NCBI GenBank assembly: GCA_963771275.1
Contig: CAVYSW010000003.1
Span: forward strand, 482,655-546,654
Source: an uncultured Gemmatimonadales bacterium
GTDB lineage: Bacteria > Gemmatimonadota > Gemmatimonadetes > Gemmatimonadales > GWC2-71-9
Length of the DNA stretch: 64,000 bases
Reading direction: 5' to 3'
This document shows positions 46,626 to 54,990 of this stretch, in pieces (positions within the stretch are counted from its first letter, which is position 1; every line of letters begins with the position of its first letter). The position numbers and the translations under genes are program-made. Below the pieces are notes generated by a model, which had not been told where the DNA came from, ran no database searches, and was given only the letters and a program-made list of their open reading frames with translations.

Positions 46626-47543
46626 ATGCGACGGTATCGGTTCTACCAGCTCGACGTCTTCACCGACACGCCACTGCGCGGTAACCCGCTGGCGGTGTTC
46701 CCCGATCCGCAGGGGCTCGACGCACCGACGATGCAGGCGCTCGCCCGCGAGATGAACCTGTCGGAGACGACGTTCGTGTTCCCGTCGGCGGTCGCCACCC
46801 GGCAGGTGCGGTTCTTCACGCCGGCGGCGGAGATCCCGCTGGCCGGCCATCCCACGATTGGCACGTGGTGGCTGCTGGCCGAGCTCGGCTCGCTGCCCGG
46901 GCTGCCCCGCGACGGGCTGACGCGGCTGACCCAGGAGACGGGGCGCGGCGTGCTGCCCGTCGACCTCACGCTCGCCGGCGGGCGGCCGACGGCGGTGACG
47001 ATGACCCAGGCGTTGCCGGAGTTCGGCGCCACGATCGCGGATCTCGACGCGCTGGGGGCCGCGCTCGGCGCCGATCGCCGGGCGATCGCCGACCAGCCGA
47101 CCCCGGAAGTCGTCTCGACCGCGCTGCCGCAGCTGATGGTCCCGCTCCGCTCGCGCGAGGCGCTGACGCGTCTGCCGAGCGGCGGAGCCGGCGCCGCGCT
47201 GGCGGACGTGCTGCGCCGGTTCGGCACCGACTGCGCCATGCTGTACGTCCTCGTCGGAACCGGTGAGGTCACGGCGTATTGCCGCATGTTCGCCCCCGGT
47301 CTCGGCGTTCCCGAAGATCCGGCAACCGGCAGCGCGGCCGGCGCCCTGGGAGCGCACCTCGTGCGCCGCGGCGTGGTCCGGCCGGAGGGCGGGACCGCCG
47401 TGATGACGTTCGACCAGGGACTGGAGATCGGGCGCGCGAGTCGCATCCGCGTCGCGGTTGTCGTGGACGCCACCGGCGCCATCACTGGCGTGCAGGTGGG
47501 CGGCGCCGCGGTTCGCGTGATCGAGGGCGACGTCACTTTCTGA
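46626..47543 (+). CDS. PhzF-family isomerase
   Basis: YQLDVFTDTPLRGNPLAVF, EMNLSETTFV, FTPAAEIPLAGHPTIG, EDPATGSAAGALGA. Confidence 0.85.
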   Translation: MRRYRFYQLDVFTDTPLRGNPLAVFPDPQGLDAPTMQALAREMNLSETTFVFPSAVATRQVRFFTPAAEIPLAGHPTIGTWWLLAELGSLPGLPRDGLTRLTQETGRGVLPVDLTLAGGRPTAVTMTQALPEFGATIADLDALGAALGADRRAIADQPTPEVVSTALPQLMVPLRSREALTRLPSGGAGAALADVLRRFGTDCAMLYVLVGTGEVTAYCRMFAPGLGVPEDPATGSAAGALGAHLVRRGVVRPEGGTAVMTFDQGLEIGRASRIRVAVVVDATGAITGVQVGGAAVRVIEGDVTF

Positions 47544-47577
47544 CGGAGAGCACGCCATCCCGACCCATCGCATCACG

Positions 47578-48651
47578 GTGCCGCTGGGAGCGGCGGCCTA
47601 CGACATCCTGATCGGCGCCGACACGCTCGCGGCCCTGCCGGAGATCGTGGCGCGCGCGTGCCCGGCCCAGCGCTACGCCGTGATCGCCGATGCGACCGTC
47701 GCGCGACTGTACGGGGAGCGTGTCACCAACCTGCTCTCCGGACCGGCCCGCGCCGACTTGATCGCGTTCCCCGCCGGCGAGTGGAACAAGACCCGCGAGC
47801 AGTGGCATCAGGTGAGCGACGCGATGCTGGCGGCGGGGTGCGGCCGCGATGCCGCTGTGGTGGCCCTCGGAGGCGGCGTCACCGGCGACCTCGCGGGCTT
47901 CGTGGCGGCGACGTTCCTCCGGGGTGTGCCCTACGTGCAGCTGCCCACCACGCTGCTCGCCATGATCGACAGCTCGATCGGCGGGAAGACCGGCGTCGAT
48001 ACCACATTCGGCAAGAACCTGATCGGGGCGTTTCACCAGCCGCGTGCCGTGATTGCGGACGTGACGACGCTGGCGTCGCTTCCCGCACCGCACGTCGCCG
48101 CCGGGATAGCGGAGGCCGTGAAGCACGGGGCGATCATGGACGCCGGCTATTTCGCCCGGCTGGGGACGCTGCGCGCGGCGGTACAGGCGGGGGACCGCGA
48201 GGCCCTCATCGAGACGATCGCGGGCAGCGTGGCGATCAAGGCCGAGCTGGTCGCGGAGGATGAGCGCGAGGGCGGGCGACGCGCGATCCTCAATTTCGGG
48301 CACACGGTGGCGCACGCCATCGAGGCCGTGACCGGGTTCGCCCTACTGCACGGGGAAGCGGTCGCGATCGGCATGGCGATCGAGGCCGACCTCGGGACGC
48401 AGCTTGGCATCACCCAGCCTGGCGTCACCGAAACGGTGCGCGACGCGTTGGCGTCGTGGGGCCTCCCCACGCGACTGCCGGACGTCGCGGCCGACGATGT
48501 GCTCGCTGCCATGCAGTTCGACAAGAAGGTGAGGTCGGGGACTGTCAAGTTTGCATTGCTGCGCAGCGTCGGCGTGACCGCCCGCGGACCCGGCGGTGAA
48601 TGGACGTTCGCGGCCCCGGACGAGGCCATCAGGGCCGCGCTGTGCGCGTGA
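47578..48651 (+). CDS. aroB: 3-dehydroquinate synthase
   Basis: GGGVTGDLAGFVAATFLRGVPYVQLPTTLLAMIDSSIGGKTGVD, KNLIGAFHQP, LNFGHTVAHAIE, LHGEAVAIGM. Confidence 0.9.
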   Translation: MPLGAAAYDILIGADTLAALPEIVARACPAQRYAVIADATVARLYGERVTNLLSGPARADLIAFPAGEWNKTREQWHQVSDAMLAAGCGRDAAVVALGGGVTGDLAGFVAATFLRGVPYVQLPTTLLAMIDSSIGGKTGVDTTFGKNLIGAFHQPRAVIADVTTLASLPAPHVAAGIAEAVKHGAIMDAGYFARLGTLRAAVQAGDREALIETIAGSVAIKAELVAEDEREGGRRAILNFGHTVAHAIEAVTGFALLHGEAVAIGMAIEADLGTQLGITQPGVTETVRDALASWGLPTRLPDVAADDVLAAMQFDKKVRSGTVKFALLRSVGVTARGPGGEWTFAAPDEAIRAALCA

Positions 48652-48837
48652 GTCGAAGTCGTTTCAGGAGAATGACTTCCCGCATTCGCAAACATTTCAA
48701 CAGCGCGTAAGTCAATATTCTACAATCACTTGTCATCACGGCCGACAACCGCATCGGGACCAGCTGACGCACTGGTGTCGAGAAACTGCAGAACAGGTTG
48801 TATCTGATGATTTTGTGATGTGGAAAATCGCTTCGTG

Positions 48838-48866
48838 TTGACGGTCCCCCCGGTTTTTCCTATATT
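48838..48866 (+). promoter_or_regulatory. Near-consensus sigma-70 promoter of the sigma-factor gene
   Basis: TTGACG (48838-48843), exactly 17-nt spacer, TATATT (48861-48866), about 98 nt upstream of ATG 48964. Lies at the 3' edge of a 200-nt AT-enriched tract. Confidence 0.6.
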
Positions 48867-48963
48867 CGCGCCGCCTTTCACTCGGTCAATTTGGCGGGCT
48901 CGACGGCGAGCCCGCTCCCGTCAGCGGATTCACGGACGGACGGTCTCCATCGCAGGGGCGTGT

Positions 48964-49860
48964 ATGGCCGAACAGCTGCGCGCGATCAAGTCTAAGGCGT
49001 TCTTCCGCGCATCCTCCTCCGGCGCGTTCGACCAGTACCTCCAGGACATTCAGAAGCTGCCGTTGATCAAGGACCCGCTCGAAGAGCGCGCCCTGGCCCG
49101 GCGGGCGCAGGGTGGAGACCCCAAGGCCGCCGAACGCTTGGTGACGGCCAACCTGCGATTCGTGATCTCGTACGTGAAGAAGTACCAGGGGCACGGCCTC
49201 GACTTGTCCGAGCTGGTCGCGATCGGCAACGAAGGACTGCTCAAAGCCGTTCGCAAGTTCGACCCGGACCAGGGCGTCAAGTTCATCTCGTACGCGGTGT
49301 GGTGGGTGCGGCAGGCAGTCCTGAAGGCACTCGCCGAGCAGACCCGCAGTGTCCGCATCCCGCTCAACCAGAACAGTCACCTCATCCGGATGGCGCGCAC
49401 CGAGACGTATCTGTCGCAGGAACTGGGGCGCGAGCCGACCGACGAGGAGATCGCCAAGGCCCTCGAGGACACCACGGAAAACGTCCGGGCGGCGCGTCGC
49501 ATGACGGCGGCGGAGATCTCGCTCGATGCGCCGATCGACCGGGGCGACCGCGAGGCGGCCACGGTCGGCGAGCGGTTCGCGGGCCAGGAGGGGGCCGAAA
49601 TCGAAGAGCACACCGATTCGCGCCTGATGCGCGAGTTCATCGACCACGTCTTTGAGAAGTACCTCACGGCGCGCGAGCGTCGGATTCTCTACCTGTACTA
49701 CGGTCTGGAAGAGGGCTCGGAGGGCATGACCCTCGAGCGGATCGGCGAGCTGATGGGCGTGACGCGCGAGCGCATCCGCCAGATCCGCGAGCGCGCGTTC
49801 GAGAAGCTGCGCCAGAGCCCGGACGGCAAGGCCCTGCTGGGGTTCTGGAAGGCCGCCTGA
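48964..49860 (+). CDS. RNA polymerase sigma-70 family factor (RpoD-like, short form without region 1.1)
   Basis: 298 aa from ATG 48964. Region 1.2 FDQYLQDIQKLPLI, region 2 LVTANLRFVISYVKKY...LIQ-type GNEGLLKAVRKFDP..G.KFISYAVWWVRQAV, region 3 RIPLNQ, region 4 MTLERIGELMGVTRERIRQIRERAFEKLR. Confidence 0.9.
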   Translation: MAEQLRAIKSKAFFRASSSGAFDQYLQDIQKLPLIKDPLEERALARRAQGGDPKAAERLVTANLRFVISYVKKYQGHGLDLSELVAIGNEGLLKAVRKFDPDQGVKFISYAVWWVRQAVLKALAEQTRSVRIPLNQNSHLIRMARTETYLSQELGREPTDEEIAKALEDTTENVRAARRMTAAEISLDAPIDRGDREAATVGERFAGQEGAEIEEHTDSRLMREFIDHVFEKYLTARERRILYLYYGLEEGSEGMTLERIGELMGVTRERIRQIRERAFEKLRQSPDGKALLGFWKAA

Positions 49861-49889
49861 GCCCGCCACCGAGCTGACCCCTGACGCAA

Positions 49890-49916
49890 GACGGGATGGC
49901 CGAAAGCCATCCCGTC
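49890..49916 (+). terminator. Intrinsic-terminator-like hairpin after the sigma-factor gene
   Basis: Perfect 11-bp stem GACGGGATGGC / GCCATCCCGTC with loop CGAAA, 30 nt after the stop, followed by GTTGCGTT. Confidence 0.6.
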
Positions 49917-49972
49917 GTTGCGTTCCGGGGGCTCGCCCCCCCCGGCCCCCCACCCCGCTGCTTGGCCCCCTC

Positions 49973-49978
49973 TATATT
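49973..49978 (+). promoter_or_regulatory. Candidate -10 hexamer TATATT placed for a leaderless transcript
   Basis: TATATTccgcatATG: 6 nt separate the hexamer from ATG 49985. No SD and no good -35. Confidence 0.35.
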
Positions 49979-49984
49979 CCGCAT

Positions 49985-50668
49985 ATGGCGACTCTGGAAC
50001 TCCCGATTTTCCCGCTCGGGATCGTGCTGTTCCCCGGCACGCCGCACGCGCTGCACATCTTCGAGCGGCGCTACCGGCAAATGCTGGCGGACTGCCTCGG
50101 AGGAAGTCAGCGCTTCGGCCTCTCCTTCGTGCGCCCGAGCCAGGACGCCGACCCCGCGCCGTCGGTGGGGGATGTGGGGTGTATCGCGGTCGTGCGGGAG
50201 TCCCACCTGCTCCCCGACGGTCGCTCGAACATCCTCGCGCTCGGTGAGGACCGCTACGTCCTGTCGGAGTACCTCGACACGGGGCTCCCCTATCGCACCG
50301 CGCGCGTGGAGACGTTCGACGACGACGACGCGGACGTGCCGCAGCTGGCCGAGATCGCCGCGTCCGTGCGGGGCGGGTTCGCCCACTTCATGGCCGGCAT
50401 GCAGGCGCTGACCGACCGTGGTGCGGCGCCCGTCGACCTCCCGTCCGACGCGAAGCACCTCTCGTTTCACGTATCCGCGGCCCTGGAGATCGACCCCGAA
50501 GCCAAGCAGGCCCTTCTCGCGCTGCGGTCCACCGTCGTGCGCCTCGAGACGATCGACCGCCTGCTCCGGCCGCTGAACGAGGAGTTGGGGCGCAGGGTAC
50601 AGGTGCACGTGCGGGCGCGGGGCAACGGCAAGGGCGGCGCAACACACGACATCGTGCGGGCCACGTGA
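49985..50668 (+). CDS. LON-protease N-terminal (substrate-binding) domain-only protein
   Basis: MATLELPIFPLGIVLFPGTPHALHIFERRYRQML... is the canonical LON N-domain start. 227 aa, with no AAA+ or protease domain. Confidence 0.85.
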   Translation: MATLELPIFPLGIVLFPGTPHALHIFERRYRQMLADCLGGSQRFGLSFVRPSQDADPAPSVGDVGCIAVVRESHLLPDGRSNILALGEDRYVLSEYLDTGLPYRTARVETFDDDDADVPQLAEIAASVRGGFAHFMAGMQALTDRGAAPVDLPSDAKHLSFHVSAALEIDPEAKQALLALRSTVVRLETIDRLLRPLNEELGRRVQVHVRARGNGKGGATHDIVRAT

Positions 50669-52122
50669 GCGTCACGGCGGAGGTGCTGCAGGCGCTGGCG
50701 TCGATCGTCGGGCCGCGCTGGGTTCGCCACGGGCGCGCGGAGCTGGAGACCTACGCGTCGGACGGACTCGCCACGCTGCACGTGGTTCCCGGCGCGGTCG
50801 TGATGCCCGGCACCCGCGATGAACTGGTCGGCGTCGTGCGCGCGCTGGCGCAGCGTGGGGTGCCGTTTGCGCCGCGCGGGGCCGGAACCGGCCTCTCGGG
50901 CGGCGCGCTGGCGGCGTCCGACGCGGTGGTTCTCGCGCTCACACGGCTCGACCGGATTCTCTCCGTCGAGCCGCGCAACCGCCGGGCCGTCGTCGAGCCC
51001 GGCGTCGTCAACGTGCGGCTGTCCCGCGCGGCGGCTCCGTACGGCCTGCACTACGCGCCCGATCCCTCGAGCCAGACCGTGTGCACGATCGGCGGCAACG
51101 TGGCGGAGAACGCCGGCGGGCCGCACTGCCTGAAGTACGGGGTCACCACGAACCACATTCTGGCCCTCGAGGTCGTGCTGCCGTCCGGCGACGTCGTCCC
51201 CTTGGGGGCGGGGGGCGGGGACCCGTGGGGCCCCGACCTCGTCGGCCTGTTCGTCGGGAGCGAAGGCACGTTCGGCATCGCCTCGCGCATCACCGTTCGG
51301 CTGGTCCCGCTGCCCCGGGCCGTCGAAACGCTCCTGGCGCCGTTCGGCTCGCTGCGCGTGGCGGGCGAGGCGGTGTCGGCCATCATCGCCTCCGGCATCG
51401 TGCCCGCGGCGCTCGAGATGATGGACCAGAATTGCATTCGGGCCGTCGAGGCGTCGATCTACCGCGCCGGGTACCCGACCGACGCGGCGGCGGTGCTGCT
51501 CGTGGAGCTGGACGGCGGTTCCGCCGACGCCGTCGCGGAAGCCGCGCGAACGGTGGAAGCCCTGCTGCGTCGTGCCGGAGCGTTGAGCGTGCGCGTGGCC
51601 CGGGAGGCACACGAGCGCGAGCGGCTGTGGCACGGGCGGAAGAAGGCGTTCGGCGCGATGGGGCGGCTCAGCCCGGACCTCGTGGTCCAGGACGCCGTGG
51701 TGCCGCGCTCGGCCCTGCCCGACGTGCTCGCCGTGATTGCCGACATCGGCGCACGCCACGGCCTCACGGTGGCCAACGTGTTCCACGCCGGCGACGGCAA
51801 CCTGCATCCCAACATCGCGTTCGACCGGCGAGACCCCGCGTTGCGCGCGCGCGTCGCGCGCGCGTCGGCGGAGATCATGGAGGCCTGCATCGCGGCGGGG
51901 GGAACGATCACCGGCGAGCACGGGGTGGGACGCGACAAGCTGCGGTACATGACGGCGATCTTCGACGCCACGACGCTCGGCCTGATGCGCGACACCCGAC
52001 GCGTGTTCGACCCGGCCGAGCAGGCCAACCCGGGCAAGGTGGTGCCCGCGCTCGGCTGCCGGGAACCGACGGGGGCACGGCCGGCCGGGACGCCCGCGGC
52101 GGTGGAGGCGTTGGCACCATGA
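50665..52122 (+). CDS. glcD: FAD-linked oxidase, glycolate oxidase subunit GlcD-like
   Basis: PRGAGTGLSGGA, EPGVVN, YAPDPSS...CTIGGNVAENAGG, GITGEHGVGR.K. GTGA overlap with the upstream stop. Confidence 0.9.
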   Translation: MSVTAEVLQALASIVGPRWVRHGRAELETYASDGLATLHVVPGAVVMPGTRDELVGVVRALAQRGVPFAPRGAGTGLSGGALAASDAVVLALTRLDRILSVEPRNRRAVVEPGVVNVRLSRAAAPYGLHYAPDPSSQTVCTIGGNVAENAGGPHCLKYGVTTNHILALEVVLPSGDVVPLGAGGGDPWGPDLVGLFVGSEGTFGIASRITVRLVPLPRAVETLLAPFGSLRVAGEAVSAIIASGIVPAALEMMDQNCIRAVEASIYRAGYPTDAAAVLLVELDGGSADAVAEAARTVEALLRRAGALSVRVAREAHERERLWHGRKKAFGAMGRLSPDLVVQDAVVPRSALPDVLAVIADIGARHGLTVANVFHAGDGNLHPNIAFDRRDPALRARVARASAEIMEACIAAGGTITGEHGVGRDKLRYMTAIFDATTLGLMRDTRRVFDPAEQANPGKVVPALGCREPTGARPAGTPAAVEALAP

Positions 52123-52499
52123 TCCCGACGCGCTGGCGCATTCCGCTCGAAGAGCAGCTGATCGACGCCGACCGGCGGCTGGAGCAGGCCGAGCAGCACC
52201 TTCGGAGTGGTGAGGGCGGTCGGGCCCTGCAGGGCGGCTATCAGGCCGTGGTGGCGGCGGCGAGCGTGCGGGTCTGGATGGCGGACTACCCCTCGGACCG
52301 GAAGCTGCCGCCGCAGGAGATGCAGCGCCGCGCCCAGGCGGAGCTGCCCAGTCTGTTTGCCGCCCTTGCCTCGCTGAATCTGCCACAGGCGCTCACCAGC
52401 CCGTGGACCGCGAGCTCGGCGGCGCCCTACGTCGCCGAGGCGCGTGCTTTCGTGACCGACACGATGGACCGGTTCCGCCGATGGCTCGAGGCGAGCTGA
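52119..52499 (+). CDS. Hypothetical helical protein (126 aa) inserted between glcD and glcE
   Basis: Tail of ORF 51081..52499 from ATG 52119 (ATGA overlap with the glcD stop). Coding-like GC3. LEQAEQHLRSGEGGRALQGGYQAVVAAASVRVWM is reminiscent of HEPN-type helical hairpins (weak). Confidence 0.5.
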   Translation: MIPTRWRIPLEEQLIDADRRLEQAEQHLRSGEGGRALQGGYQAVVAAASVRVWMADYPSDRKLPPQEMQRRAQAELPSLFAALASLNLPQALTSPWTASSAAPYVAEARAFVTDTMDRFRRWLEAS

Positions 52500-53704
52500 G
52501 CACCCGGCTGCGCTCGCTGCTCGGCGCGAGCGCGGACTTCGGCACCGCGGGCGACGGCGTGCCCGTCGTCCGGCCACGCGACGAGGCTGGCTGCGCGCTG
52601 CTGCTGCGCACCGCGTCGCTCGAAGGATGGCGGGTGCGCATCGAGGGCGCGGGCACGTGGATGCCCCCGGACGGCACCGTCGACCTGGCTCTCGGCACGA
52701 CGCGGCTGGCGGCGCTGGGACCGGTGAGCGCAACGGATCTCGTGGCCACGGCGCAGACCGGAATCCGCTGGGAGGCATTGCGGAGCGGCCTGGCCGATGC
52801 CGGCGCGTGGCTCGCGCACGACGCCCCGGGCGGCGACCGGACCCTCGGCTCGCTGCTGGCCACCGGCTCGGCAGGGCCGCTCCGCGCCGGCTACGGCATG
52901 CTGCGCGACCACGTGCTCGGCCTGACGCTCGTGACCGGGGACGGCCGCGTGACCCGCGTGGGCGGCCGAGTGGTCAAGAACGTCGCGGGCTACGACCTGT
53001 CCAGGCTCGCGGTCGGCAGCTTCGGCGCGTTCGGCGTCATCACGTCGGTGCACCTGCGGTTGCGGACCGTGCCGCGCGCGGACCTCACGCTCGCGGCCGC
53101 GGGCGCCCGAGATGCCCTGATCGACGCCGCCCGGTCGGTGCTCGATGGAGGAATTTCCCCCGCCGCCCTCGAGCTGATCTCGCCGGCGGCAGCCTCCGCC
53201 GACCAGTGGCTCCTGGGTGTGCGCCTGTGCGGCACGGAGATCGAGGTCGCCGCGGAGCGCGCGGCGGTGCAGGCGGCGAGCGGCCTCGGCTTCAGCGGGC
53301 ACGCCGGTCCCGCCGCGGCAGCCTTCTGGTCGCGCATTCTGGGCGGCGTCTCGCAGCGCCCGGTAACCGCGCGCCTGGGGGCTCTGCCGGCCTCGTTGGA
53401 GGACGCGCTCGATCTCGTGGCCCTGCACCTCGACGAGCCCGTGCGCGACTGGATCGGCGTCACCGTCCCCGCCGGCTCCGTGCGTTGGAGCGGCACGGCG
53501 AGTGCGGAGGTGCTCGCGCGGTTCCGCACGGCGGCCGCGGCCCGGGAGTGGCCCGTGACGCTCGAGCGCGCCCCGGCGGACATGCGCACGCGCATCGGCG
53601 TGTTCGGCGCGTATCGCGAGGGCATCGCCCACCTCGTCGGCGGTCTCAAGGCCGCGTTCGATCCCGCGGGGGTCCTCGTCACGCCGCTTGGCACCGGGGC
53701 GTGA
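52481..53704 (+). CDS. glcE: FAD-binding oxidoreductase, glycolate oxidase subunit GlcE-like
   Basis: VVRPRDEAG...RVRIEGAGTW, GGRVVKNVAGYDLSRL..GS.G..GVIT.V.LRL. ATG 52481 within ORF 52403..53704, overlapping the preceding ORF by 19 nt. Confidence 0.8.
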   Translation: MARGELSTRLRSLLGASADFGTAGDGVPVVRPRDEAGCALLLRTASLEGWRVRIEGAGTWMPPDGTVDLALGTTRLAALGPVSATDLVATAQTGIRWEALRSGLADAGAWLAHDAPGGDRTLGSLLATGSAGPLRAGYGMLRDHVLGLTLVTGDGRVTRVGGRVVKNVAGYDLSRLAVGSFGAFGVITSVHLRLRTVPRADLTLAAAGARDALIDAARSVLDGGISPAALELISPAAASADQWLLGVRLCGTEIEVAAERAAVQAASGLGFSGHAGPAAAAFWSRILGGVSQRPVTARLGALPASLEDALDLVALHLDEPVRDWIGVTVPAGSVRWSGTASAEVLARFRTAAAAREWPVTLERAPADMRTRIGVFGAYREGIAHLVGGLKAAFDPAGVLVTPLGTGA

Positions 53705-54990
53705 ACGGCTTCGCCGGCCTCGCGCCGTGCGTGCACTGCGGCTTCTGCCTGCAGGCGTGCCCCACGTATCTCGCGACCGCCGATGAAGCGGACAGTCCGC
53801 GGGGCCGCATCGTGCTGATGCGCTCCTTGGAGCGCGGCGACCTGGCAGCCAACGACCCCGGCCTCCAGCTGCACCTCGACCGGTGCCTGGGGTGCCGGGG
53901 CTGCGAGCCCGTGTGCCCGTCCGGCGTCAGCTACGGGCCCGCGCTCGAGGCGGCGCGCGAGCGTATTGCGGCCGCCCGGCCGATCCCAGCGGCGGCTCGG
54001 GCGATCCTCGCGGCCATGGCGGAGCCGGCGATCGGCGGCCCGGCCATGCTGCTCGCCCGCATCGCGCGACCGGTCGTGGGGAGGCTCGCCGGGCGACGCG
54101 GCCTGGGGTTCGCGTTCGGGATGCTCGCGGCCACACGCCGGGTAACGCTGGCCCGGAACGACCGGAAGGCGGCGGACGGTCCCGCTCCCGTTTCTGCCGC
54201 CTCAGCCGCTCCTGCCGCCGGTGCAGGTCCGGTCGTCGTCTTTCAGGGTTGCATTCAGGCGGGGCTCTTCTCCCACGTGAACGCCGCCGCCGCGCGCACG
54301 CTCGTGGTCAACCGATACCGCATCGTCGCGGTGGAGGGTCAGGGCTGTTGCGGCGCGCTGCACGCCCACGCCGGCCTGCTGGCGGACGCGCGGGCCCTCG
54401 CCCGGGCCAACGTGAAGGCGTTTGCGGCCGAGCCGGGCGCGCTCCTCGCCGCCACCGCAGCGGGCTGCGGTGCGATGCTCCGCTCCTATGGCGACCTGCT
54501 CGCGGGGGATCCACTGGAACCCACCGCTCGGGATTTTGCCGGTCGGGTACGGGACATCACCGAGCTCCTGGCCGAGGCCGGCCCGCTGCGTGGCGCCGCG
54601 GTCGCGCTCCGCGTGGCGTACGACCCGCCGTGCCATCTGCTGCATGCGCAGCGGGTGGCCGATCCGCCACGCGCGGTGCTCGCCGCGGTGCCCGGGCTGG
54701 AGGTCGTGCCTCATGACGAGGCGGAGCAGTGTTGCGGCAGTGCCGGCATCTACGGCCTGTCGCAGCCCGAGATGTCGCGCGCCGTGCTCGATCGGAAGAT
54801 CGCCGCGATCACCGCGGCCGCGCCGGATCTCGTCGCCACGGGGAACCCGGGATGCACCATGCAGATCGGCGCCGGTCTGCGTGCCGTCGGCAGTCGGATC
54901 GGCGTCGTGCATCCCGTCGAGCTGCTCGATGCGTCGTACGCCGCCGCAGGGCGCTACGCGGACATCGCCGAGGACCCCGAGCGCGCATGA
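53701..54990 (+). CDS. glcF: (Fe-S)-binding protein, glycolate oxidase subunit GlcF-like
   Basis: CVHCGFCLQACPTY and CLGCRGCEPVCPSGV ferredoxin-type clusters, followed by two CCG-type Cys-rich regions (GCCGALHAH; EQCCGSAG). GTGA overlap with the glcE stop. Confidence 0.85.
   Translation: MNGFAGLAPCVHCGFCLQACPTYLATADEADSPRGRIVLMRSLERGDLAANDPGLQLHLDRCLGCRGCEPVCPSGVSYGPALEAARERIAAARPIPAAARAILAAMAEPAIGGPAMLLARIARPVVGRLAGRRGLGFAFGMLAATRRVTLARNDRKAADGPAPVSAASAAPAAGAGPVVVFQGCIQAGLFSHVNAAAARTLVVNRYRIVAVEGQGCCGALHAHAGLLADARALARANVKAFAAEPGALLAATAAGCGAMLRSYGDLLAGDPLEPTARDFAGRVRDITELLAEAGPLRGAAVALRVAYDPPCHLLHAQRVADPPRAVLAAVPGLEVVPHDEAEQCCGSAGIYGLSQPEMSRAVLDRKIAAITAAAPDLVATGNPGCTMQIGAGLRAVGSRIGVVHPVELLDASYAAAGRYADIAEDPERA

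Noticed and set aside
48596-48841. 81-aa ORF in the AT-rich region upstream of the sigma-factor gene
   Set aside because: It starts inside aroB in another frame. It has atypical codon usage for this genome (many A/T-ending codons), no SD and no recognisable fold pattern. The region is better explained as regulatory DNA.
50467-52386. 639-aa - strand ORF antisense to glcD; also 59553-61292 (-) antisense to the 722-aa gene and the AAA+ gene, and 8002-9243 (-) antisense to ruvB
   Set aside because: All lie opposite genes with clear family motifs and have degenerate Arg/Gly/Asp/His-rich translations. They are GC-driven stop-codon depletion, not coding.
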